Source of the DNA: Squalus acanthias
Lineage: Eukaryota
Direction: 5' to 3'
NCBI GenBank assembly: GCA_030390025.1
Contig: CM059431.1
Span: 145,454,001-145,518,000, forward strand
DNA length: 64,000 nucleotides
The notes beneath the pieces were generated by a model, which saw nothing but the letters and a program-made list of their open reading frames with translations, did no database searches and was not told where the DNA came from. A program made the translations under genes and the position numbers. The first letter of the stretch is position 1. Every line of letters begins with the position of its first letter. Positions 30,001 through 41,012 of this stretch are shown here, piece by piece.

Positions 30001-33000
30001 GTATTGGAGAGTGTGAAGGGCTGTGTCATGATGCTGGATGTATTGGAGAGTGTGAAGGGCTGTGTCATGATGCTGGATGTATTGGAGAGTGTGAAGGGCT
30101 GTGTCATGATGCTGGATGTATTGGAGAGTGTGAAGGGCTGTGTCATGATGCTGGATGTATTGGAGAGTGTGAAGGGCTGTGTCATGATGCTGGATGTATT
30201 GGAGAGTGTGAAGGGCTGTGTCATGATGCTGGATGTATTGGAGAGTGTGAAGGGCTGTGTCATGATGCTGGATGTATTGGAGAGTGTGAAGGGCTGTGTC
30301 ATGATGCTGGATGTATTGGAGAGTGTGAAGGGCTGTGTCATGATGCTGGATGTATTGGAGAGTGTGAAGGGCTGTGTCATGATGCTGGATGTATTGGAGA
30401 GTGTGAAGGGCTGTGTCATGATGCTGGATGTATTGGAGAGTGTGAAGGGCTGTGTCATGATGCTGGATGTATTGGAGAGTGTGAAGGGCTGTGTCATGAT
30501 GCTGGATGTATTGGAGAGTGTGAAGGGCTGTGTCATGATGCTGGATGTATTGGAGAGTGTGAAGGGCTGTGTCATGATGCTGGATGTATTGGAGAGTGTG
30601 AAGGGCTGTGTCATGATGCTGGATGTATTGGAGAGTGTGAAGGGCTGTGTCATGATGCTGGATGTATTGGAGAGTGTGAAGGGCTGTGTCATGATGCTGG
30701 ATGTTTTGGAGAGTGTGAAGGGCTGTGTCATGATGCTGGATGTATTGGAGAGTGTGAAGGGCTGTGTCATGATGCTGGATGTATTGGAGAGTGTGAAGGG
30801 CTGTGTCATGATGCTGGATGTATTGGAGAGTGTGAAGGGCTGTGTCATGATGCTGGATGTATTGGAGAGTGTGAAGGGCTGTGTCATGATGCTGGATGTA
30901 TTGGAGAGTGTGAAGGGCTGTGTCATGATGCTGGATGTATTGGAGAGTGTGAAGGGCTGTGTCATGATGCTGGATGTATTGGAGAGTGTGAAGGGCTGTG
31001 TCATGATGCTGGATGTATTGGAGAGTGTGAAGGGCTGTGTCATGATGCTGGATGTATTGGAGAGTGTGAAGGGCTGTGTCATGATGCTGGATGTATTGGA
31101 GAGTGTGAAGGGCTGTGTCATGATGCTGGATGTATTGGAGAGTGTGAAGGGCTGTGTCATGATGCTGGATGTATTGGAGAGTGTGAAGGGCTGTGTCATG
31201 ATGCTGGATGTATTGGAGAGTGTGAAGGGCTGTGTCATGATGCTGGATGTATTGGAGAGTGTGAAGGGCTGTGTCATGATGCTGGATGTATTGGAGAGTG
31301 TGAAGGGCTGTGTCATGATGCTGGATGTATTGGAGAGTGTGAAGGGCTGTGTCATGATGCTGGATGTATTGGAGAGTGTGAAGGGCTGTGTCATGATGCT
31401 GGATGTATTGGAGAGTGTGAAGGGCTGTGTCATGATGCTGGATGTTTTGGAGAGTGTGAAGGGCTGTGTCATGATGCTGGATGTTTTGGAGAGTGTGAAG
31501 GGCTGTGTCATGATGCTGGATGTATTGGAGAGTGTGAAGGGCTGTGTCATGATGCTGGATGTATTGGAGAGTGTGAAGGGCTGTGTCATGATGCTGGATG
31601 TATTGGAGAGTGTGAAGGGCTGTGTCATGATGCTGGATGTATTGGAGAGTGTGAAGGGCTGTGTCATGATGCTGGATGTATTGGAGAGTGTGAAGGGCTG
31701 TGTCATGATGCTGGATGTATTGGAGAGTGTGAAGGGCTGTGTCATGATGCTGGATGTATTGGAGAGTGTGAAGGGATGTGTCATGATGCTGGATGTATTG
31801 GAGAGTGTGAAGGGCTGTGTCATGATGCTGGATGTATTGGAGAGTGTGAAGGGCTGTGTCATGATGCTGGATGTATTGGAGAGTGTGAAGGGCCTGTGTC
31901 ATGATGCTGGATGTATTGGAGAGTGTGAAGGGCTGTGTCATGATGCTGGATGTATTGGAGAGTGTGAAGGGCTGTGTCATGATGCTGGATGTATTGGAGA
32001 GTGTGAAGGGCTGTGTCATGATGCTGGATGTATTGGAGAGTGTGAAGGGCTGTGTCATGATGCTGGATGTATTGGAGAGTGTGAAGGGCTGTGTCATGAT
32101 GCTGGATGTATTGGAGAGTGTGAAGGGCTGTGTCATGATGCTGGATCTTGTGGAGAGTGTGAAGGGCTGTGTCATGATGCTGGATGTATTGGAGAGTGTG
32201 AAGGGCTCTGTCATGATGCTGGATGTATTGGAGATTGTGAAGCGCTGTTTCATGATGCTGGATGTCCTGGAGAGTGTGAAGCGCTGTTTCATGATGCTCG
32301 ATGTTTTGGAGAGTGTGAAGGGATGTGTCATGATGCTATTGGTATTGGAGAGTGTGAAGGGCTGTGTCATGATGCTGGATGTATTGGAGAGTGTGAATGG
32401 CTGTGTCATGATGCTGGATGTATTGGAGAGTGTGAACGGCTGTGTCATGATGCTGGATGTACTGTAGAGTGTGAAGGCCTGTGTCATGATGCTGGATGTA
32501 TTGGAGAGTGTGAAGGGCTGTGTCATGATGCTGGATGTATTGGAGAGTGTGAAGGGCTGTGTCATGATGCTGGATGTATTGGAGAGTGTGAAGGGCTGTG
32601 TCATGATGCTGGATGTATTGGAGAGTGTGAAGGGCTGTGTCATGATGCTGGATGTATTGGAGAGTGTGAAGGGCTGTGTCATGATGCTGGATGTATTGGA
32701 GAGTGTGAAGGGCTGTGTCATGATGCTGGATGTATTGGAGAGTGTGAAGGGCTGTGTCATGATGCTGGATGTATTGGAGAGTGTGAAGGGCTGTGTCATG
32801 ATGCTGGATGTATTGGAGAGTGTGAAGGGCTGTGTCATGATGCTGGATGTATTGGAGAGTGTGAAGGGCTGTGTCATGATGCTGGATGTATTGGAGAGTG
32901 TGAAGGGCTGTGTCATGATGCTGGATGTATTGGAGAGTGTGAAGGGCTGTGTCATGATGCTGGATGTATTGGAGAGTGTGAAGGGCTGTGTCATGATGCT

Positions 33001-36000
33001 GGATGTATTGGAGAGTGTGAAGGGCTGTGTCATGATGCTGGATGTATTGGAGAGTGTGAAGGGCTGTGTCATGATGCTGGATGTATTGGAGAGTGTGAAG
33101 GGCTGTGTCATGATGCTGGATGTATTGGAGAGTGTGAAGGGCTGTGTCATGATGCTGGATGTATTGGAGAGTGTGAAGGGCTGTGTCATGATGCTGGATG
33201 TATTGGAGAGTGTGAAGGGCTGTGTCATGATGCTGGATGTATTGGAGAGTGTGAAGGGCTGTGTCATGATGCTGGATGTATTGGAGAGTGTGAAGGGCTG
33301 TGTCATGATGCTGGATGTATTGGAGAGTGTGAAGGGCTGTGTCATGATGCTGGATGTATTGGAGAGTGTGAAGGGCTGTGTCATGATGCTGGATGTATTG
33401 GAGAGTGTGAAGGGCTGTGTCATGATGCTGGATGTATTGGAGAGTGTGAAGGGCTGTGTCATGATGCTGGATGTATTGGAGAGTGTGAAGGGCTGTGTCA
33501 TGATGCTGGATGTATTGGAGAGTGTGAAGGTCTGTGTCATGATGCTGGATGTATTGTAGAGTGTGAAGGGCTGTGTCATGATGCTGGATGTATTGGAGAG
33601 TGTGGAGGTCTGTGTCATGATGCTGGATGTATTGGAGAGTGTGACGGGCTGTGTTATGATGCTGGATGTTTTGGAGAATACGAAGGGCTTTGTCATGATG
33701 CTGTATGTATTGGAGAGTGTGAAGGGCTGTGTCATGATGCTGGATGTATTGGAGAGTGTGAAGGGCTGTGTCATGATGCTGGATGTATTGGAGAGTGTGA
33801 AGGGCTGTGTCATGATGCTGGATTTATTGGAGAGTGTGAAGGGCAGTGTCATGATGCTGGATGTATTGGAGAGTGTGAAGGGCTGTGTCATGATGCTGGA
33901 TGTATTGGAGAGTGTGAAGGGCTGTGTCATGATGCTGGATGTATTGGAGAGTGTGAAGGGCTGTGTCATGATGCTGGATGTTTTGGAGAGTGTGAAGGGC
34001 TGTGTCATGATGCCGGATGTTTTGGTGATTGTGAAGGGCGGTGTCATGATGCTGGATGTATTGGAGAGTGTGAAGCGCTGTTTCATGATGCTCTATGTTT
34101 TGGAGAGAGTGAAGGGCTTTGTCATGATGCTGGTTGTATTGGAGAGTTTGAAGGCTGTGTCATGATGCTGGATGTATTGGAGGGTGTGAAGGGCTGTGTC
34201 ATGATGCTATTGTTATTGGAGAGTGTGAAGGGCTGTGTCATGATGCTGGATGTATTGGAGAGTGTGAATGTCTGTGTCAAGATGCTGGACGTATTGGAGA
34301 GTGTGAAGGGCTGTGTCATGATGCTGGATGTCATGGAGAGTGTGAAGGGCTGTGTCATGATGCTGTTTGTATTGGTGAGTTTGAAGGGCTGTGTCATGAT
34401 TCTGGAGGTATTGGAGAGTGTGAAGGGCTGTATCATGATACTAGTTTTACTGGAGAGTGTGAAGGACTGTGTCATGATGCTGTATGTATTGGAGAGTGTG
34501 AAGGGCTGTGTCATGATGCTGGATGTATTGGAGATTGTGAAGGGCTGTGTCATGATGCTGGATGTTTTGGAGAGTGTGAAGGGCTGTGTCATGATGCTGG
34601 ATGTATTGGAGATTGTGAAGGGCTGTGTCATGATGCTGGATGTATTGGAGAGTGTGAAGGGCTGTGTCATGATGCTGGATGTTTTGGAGAGTGTGAAGGG
34701 CTGTGTCATGATGCTGGATGTTTTGGAGGGTGTGAAGGGCTGTGTCATGATGCTATTGGTATTGGAGAGTGTGAAGGGCTGTGTCATGATGCTGGATGTA
34801 TTGGAGAGTGTGAATGTCTGTGTCAAGATGCTGGACGTATTGGAGAGTGTGAAGGGCTGTGTCATGATGCTGGATGTCATGGAGAGTGTGAAGGGCTATG
34901 TCATGATGCTGTTTGTATTGGTGAGTTTGAAGGGCTGTGTCATGATTCTGGAGGTATTGGAGAGTGTGAAGGGCTGTATCATGATACTAGTTTTACTGGA
35001 GAGTGTGAAGGACTGTGTCATGATGCTGTATGTATTGGAGAGTGTGAAGGGCTGTGTCTTGATGCTGGATGTATTGGAGATTGTGAAGGGCTGTGTCATG
35101 ATGCTGGATGTTTTGGAGAGTGTGAAGGGCTGTGTCATGATGCTGGATGTATTGGAGATTGTGAAGGGCTGTGTCATGATGCTGGATGTATTGGAGAGTG
35201 TGAAGGGCTGTGTCATGATGCTGGATGTTTTGGAGAGTGTGAAGGGCTGTGTCATGATGCTGGATGTTTTGGAGAGTGTGAAGGGCTGTATCATGATGCT
35301 GGATATTTTGGAGAGAGTGAAGGGCTGTGTCATGATGCTGGATGTTTTGGAGAATACGAAGGGCTTTGTCATGATGCTGGATGTATTGGAGAGTGTGAAG
35401 GGCTGTGTCATGATGGTGGATGTATTGGAGATTGTGAAGGGCTGTGTCATGATGCTGGATGTATTGGAGAGTGTGAAGGGCTGTGTCATGATGCTGGATA
35501 TATTGGAGAGTGTGAAGGGCTGTGTCATGATGCTGGATATATTGGAGTGTGTGATGGGATGTGTCATGATGCTGGGTGTTTTGGAGAGTGTGAAGGGCTC
35601 TGTCTTGATGCTGGATATATAGGAGAATGTGAAGTAATGTGTCATGATGCTGGATGTATTGGAAATTTTGAAGGCCGTGTCATGATGCAGGATGTACTGG
35701 AGAGTGTTAAGGGCTGTGTCATGATGCGGGATATATTGGAGAGGTTGAAGGCCCTGACATGATGCTGGATGTATTGGAGAGTGTGAAGCGCTGTGTCATG
35801 ATGCTGGATGTATTGGAGAGTGTGAAGGGCTGTGTTATGATGCTGGATGTTTTGGAGAATACGAAGGGCTTTGTCATGATGCTGGATGTATTGGAGAGTG
35901 TGAAGGGCTGTGTCATGATGCTGGATGTATTGGAGAGAGTGAAGGGCTGTGTCATGATGCTGGATGTTGTGGACAGTGTGAAGCGCTGTTTCATGATGCT

Positions 36001-39000
36001 CGATGTCCTGGAGAGTGTGAAGCGCTGTTTCATGATGCTCTATGTTTTGGAGAGAGTGAAGGGCTTTGTCATTATGCTGGTTGTATTGGAGAGTTTGAAG
36101 GCTGTGTCATGATGCTTGATGTATTGGAGGGTGTGAAGGGCTGTGTCAAGATGCTGGACGTATTGGAGAGTGTGAAGGGCTGTGTCATGATGCTGGATGT
36201 TTTGGAGATTGTGATGGGCTGTGTCATGATGCTGGATGTATTGGAGAGTGTGAAGTGCTGTGTCATGATTCTGGAGGTATTGGAGAGTGTGAAGGGCTGT
36301 GTCATGATGCTGTTTGTATTGGAGAGTGTACAGACCTGTGTCATGATGCTGGATGTATTGGAGAGTGTGAATGGCAGTGTCATGATGCTGGATGTACTGG
36401 AGAGTGTGAAGGGCTGTGTCATGATGCTGGATGTATTGGAGAGTATGAAGGGCTGTGTCATGATGCTGGATGTATTGGAGAGTGTGAAGGGCTGTTCATG
36501 ATACTGGATGTATTTGAGAGTGCGAACGGTGGAGTCATGATGCTGGATGTTTTGGAGAGTGTGAAGGGCTGTGTCATGATGCTGGATGTTTTGGAGAGTG
36601 TGAAGGGCTGTGTCATGATGCTGGATGTATTGGAGATTGTGAAGGGCTGTGTCATGATGCTGGATGTTTTGGAGAATCTGAAGTGCTGTTTCATGATGCT
36701 TGATGTTTTCGAGAGTGTGAAGGGCTGTGTCATGATGCTGGATGTATTGGAGAGTGTGAAGGGCTGTGTCTTGATGCTGAATGTACTGGAGAGTGTGAAT
36801 GGCTGTGTCATGATGCTGGGTGTATTGGAGAGTGTGAAGGGCTGTGTCATGATGCTGGATCCATTGGAGAGTGTGAAGGGCTGTGTCTTGATGCTGGATG
36901 TATTGGAGAGTGTGAGGGGCTGTGTCATGATGCTGGATGTATTGGAGAGTGTGAAGGGCTGTTTCTTGATGCTGAATGTATTGGAGAGTGTGAAGGGCTG
37001 TGTCATGATGCTGGATGTTGTGGACAGTGTGAAGGGCTGTGTCATGATGCCGGATGTTTTGGTGATTGTGAAGGGCGGTGTCATGATGCTGGATGTATTG
37101 GAGAGTGTGAAGCGCTGTTTCATGATGCTCTATGTTTTGGAGAGAGTGAAGGGCTTTGTCATGATGCTGGTTGTATTGGAGAGTTTGAAGGCTGTGTCAT
37201 GATGCTGGATGTATTGGAGGGTGTGAAGGGCTGTTTCATGATGCTATTGGTATTGGAGAGAGTGAAGGGCTGTGTCATGATGCTGGATGTATTGGAGAGT
37301 GTGAATGTCTGTGTCAAGATGCTGGACGTATTGGAGAGTGTGAAGGGCTGTGTCATGATGCTGGATGTAATGGAGAGTGTGAAGGGCTGTGTCATGATGC
37401 TGTTTGTATTGGAGAGTTTGAAGGGCTGTGTCATGATTCTGGAGGTATTGGAGAGTGTGAAGGGCTGTATCATGATGCTAGTTTTACTGGAGAGTGTGAC
37501 GGACTGTGTCATGATGCTGGATGTATTGGAGAGTGTGAAGGGCTGTGTCATGATGCTGGATGTATTGGAGATTGTGAAGGGCTGTGTCATGATGCTGGAT
37601 GTTTTGGAGAGTGTGAAGGGCTGTGTCATGATGCTGGATGTATTGGAGATTGTGAAGGGCTGTGTCATGATGCTGGATGTATTGGAGAGTGTGAAGGGCT
37701 GTGTCATGATGCTGGATGTTTTGGAGAGTGTGAAGGGCTGTGTCATGATGCTGGATATTTTGGAGAGAGTGAAGGGCTGTGTCATGATGCTGGATGTTTT
37801 GGAGATTACGAAGGGCTTTGTCATGATGCTGGATGTATTGGAGAGTGTGAAGGGCTGTGTCATGATGGTGGATGTATTGGAGATTGTGAAGGGCTGTGTC
37901 ATGATGCTGGATGTATTGGAGAGTGTGAAGGGCTGTGTCATGATGCTTGATATATTGGAGAGTGTGAAGGGCTGTGTCATGATGCTGGATATATTGGAGA
38001 ATGTGAAGTAATGTGTCATGATGCTGGATGTATTGGAAATTGTGAAGGCCGTGTCATGATGCAGGATGTACTGGAGAGTGTGAAGGGCTGTGTCATGATG
38101 CGGGATATATTGGAGAGTTTGAAGGCCCTGACATGATGCTGGATGTATTGGAGAGTGTGAAGCGCTGTGTCATGATGCTGGATATATTGGAGAGTGTGAA
38201 GGGCTGTGTCATGATGCTGGATGTATTGGAGAGAGTGAAGGGCTGTGTCATGATGCTGGATGTTGTGGACAGTGTGAAGCGCTGTTTCATGATGCTCGAT
38301 GTCCTGGAAAGTGTGAAGCGCTGTTTCATGATGCTCTATGTTTTGGAGAGAGTGAAGGGCTTTGTCATGATGCTGGTTGTATTGGAGAGTTTGAAGGCTG
38401 TGTCATGATGCTTGATGTATTGGAGGGTGCGAAGGGCTGTGTCAAGATGCTGGACGTATTGGAGAGTGTGAAGGGCTGTGTCATGATGCTGGATATTTTG
38501 GACATTGTGATGGGCTGTGTCATGATGCTGGATGTATTGGAGAGTGTGAAGGGCTGTGTCATGATTCTGGAGGTATTGGAGAGTGTGAAGGGCTGTGTCA
38601 TGATGCTGTTTGTATTGGAGAGTGTACAGACCTGTGTCATGACGCTGGATGTATTGGAGAGTGTGAATGGCTGTGTCATGATGCTGGATGTACTGGAGAG
38701 TGTGAAGGGCTGTGTTATGATGCTGGATGTATTGGAGAGTGTGAAGGGCTGTTCATGATACTGGATGTATTTGAGAGTGCGAAGGGTGGAGTCATGATGC
38801 TGGATGTTTTGGAGAGTGTGAAGGGCTGTGTCATGATGCTGGATGTTTTGGAGAGTGTGAAGGGCTGTGTCATGATGCTGGATGTATTGGAGATTGTGAA
38901 GGGCTGTGTCATGATGATGCTGGATGTATTGGAGAATTTGAAGTGCTGTTTCATGATGCTTGATGTTTCCGAGATTGTGAAGGGCTGTGTCATGATGCTG

Positions 39001-40473
39001 GATGTATTGGAGATTGTGAAGGGCTGTGGCTTGATGCTGAATGTACTGGAGAGTGTGAATGGCTGTGTCATGATGCTGGGTGTATTGGAGAGTGTGAAGG
39101 GCTTTGTCATGATGCTGGATCTATTGGAGAGTGTGAAGGGCTGTGTCCTGATGCTGGATGTATTGGAGAGTGTGAGGGGCTGTGTCATGATGCTGGAAGT
39201 ATTGGAGAGTGTGAAGGGCTGTGTCTTGATGCTGAATGCATTGGAGAGTGTGAAGGGCTGTGTCATGAAGCTGGATGTTTGGAGAGTGTGAAGGGCTGTG
39301 TCATGATGCTGGATGTATTGGAGAGTGTGAAGGGCTGTGTCATGAAGCTGGATGTTTTGAGAGTGTGAAGTGCTGTGTCATGATGCTGGATGTATTGGAG
39401 AGTGTGAAGGGCTGTGTCATGAAGCTGGATGTTTGGAGAGTGTGAATGGCTGTGTCATGAAGCTGGATGTTTTGGAGAGTGTGAAGGGCTGTTTCATGTT
39501 GCTGGATATATTGGAGAGTGTGAAGGGCTGTGTCATGATGCTGGATGTATTGGAGAATGTGAAGGACATTGTCAAAATGCTGGATGTATTGGAGAGTGTG
39601 AAGGGCTGTGTCATGATGCTGTATGTACTGGAGAGTGTGAAGGGCTGTGTCATGATGCTGGATGTATTGGAGAGTGTGAAAGGCTGTGTCATGATGCTGG
39701 AGGTATTGGAGAGTGTGAAGGGCTGTGTCATGATGCTGTATGTACTGGAGAGTGTGAAGGGCTGTGTCATGATGCTGTATGTACTGGAGTGTGTGAAGGG
39801 CTGTGTCATGATGCTAGATGTACTGTATAGTCTGAAGGGCTTTATCATGATGCTGGATGTTTTCGAGAGTGTGAGGTGCTGTGTCATGATGCTGGATGTT
39901 TTGGAGAGTGTGAAGGGCTGTGTCATGATGCTGGATGATTTGGAGTGCGTGAAATGCTGTGTCATGTTGCTGGATGTATTGGAGAGTATGAAGGGCTTTG
40001 TCATGATCCTGGATGTAATGGAGAGTATGAAGGGCTGTGTCATGATCCTGGATGTATTCGAGGGTGTGAAGGGCTGTGTCATGATGCTGGATGTATTGCA
40101 GAGTGTGAAGGGCTGTGTCATGATGCTGGATGTTTTGAGAGTGTGATGGGCTGTGTCATGATGCCAGATGTATTGGAGAGTGTGAAGAGCTGTGTCATGA
40201 TGCTGGATGTACTGGACAGTGTGAAGGGCTTTGTTGTGATGCTGGCTGTTTTGGAGAGTGTGAAGGGCTGTGTCATGATACTGGATGTATTGGAGAGTGT
40301 GAAGAGCTGAGTTATGATGCTGGGTGTGCTGGACAGTGGGAAGGGCTGTGTCATGATGCAGGATGTATTGGGGAGTATGAAGGGCTGTGTCATGATGCTG
40401 GATATATTTGGAGAGTGTGAAGGTGTATGTCATGATGCTGGATATTTTGGAGAGTGTGAAGGGCGGTTTCATT
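1..40473. repeat. 39-bp tandem satellite array, ~1,040 copies, runs off the left edge of the window
   Basis: The unit TGTGTCATGATGCTGGATGTATTGGAGAGTGTGAAGGGC repeats head-to-tail. It is essentially perfect over 1-17850 and most of 21500-32130, and divergent from ~33520 to the abrupt end at ...GAGTGTGAAGGGCGGTTTCATT (~40473). The consensus unit has no CpG and one TCATGA palindrome. Confidence 0.99.
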
Positions 40474-41012
40474 GTTGATTTAAGATCACTTGCCGAAGCC
40501 CTGCTGGGAAAGCTCTGCTCTCCCACTAGCGTTTGACTGCTCGGAAGCTTGCTCTGCCCATTATTACTGAATGTTTGCTGCTTCCCTCTCATACACCCGC
40601 TGACTGTCCGGTTACTGTCGCTTGCTCCTTCAATTGGAGAAGAGGGCTGGGAGCCCCGACACACGGACTGCTGCAGTTAGTTTCAGCCTACGTGCAAGTA
40701 ACAGTGAGAAGGAGCCTCTTCAATGGACGTATCTTAGGCAGTGAGAAAAAAAAATTATCATGTTATTTCAGTGACCTGTATTTGCTGATCCGATAAAGAC
40801 TGTAAAATCTCTACGTGTTCACAAGTATCCATTTTAGATTCCCTAGTCTTTAGGTTATTACTGACCGAGCCTGTTATTATTGGTCATGTTTGTGTTGAAT
40901 TTGATTCTCTCAGGTTTAACTGAACTGTTTGTTTCCCTTCATTATGGCGCAACAACACAATCTGTGACTGATCAATAATTTACCCAACATTTAGAGATAA
41001 ATAAACAGTTAC

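Noticed and set aside
7..40393. Giant ORFs of 1,000-4,300 aa in the ORF track as protein-coding genes
   Set aside because: They are translations of a 39-bp (13-codon) repeat open in four frames on both strands at once. They have no unique N- or C-terminal domains or signal peptide, and indels and stops break the frames in the divergent flank.
1..40473. CRISPR array or telomeric repeat
   Set aside because: There are no unique spacers and no cas genes, the context is vertebrate, and the unit is not TTAGGG-based.
39417..40740. NLR spliced in frame into the mucin-like (MTQPFTLSNTSSI)n frame, giving an NLR-repeat fusion
   Set aside because: The best nearby acceptor (cttgcacgtag| at ~40688) joined to the phase-2 donor gives RLKLTAAVRVSGLPALFSN followed by a stop. 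The mucin-like frame has a TAA just upstream of ORF 39417..40664 and shifts frame within the first few units.
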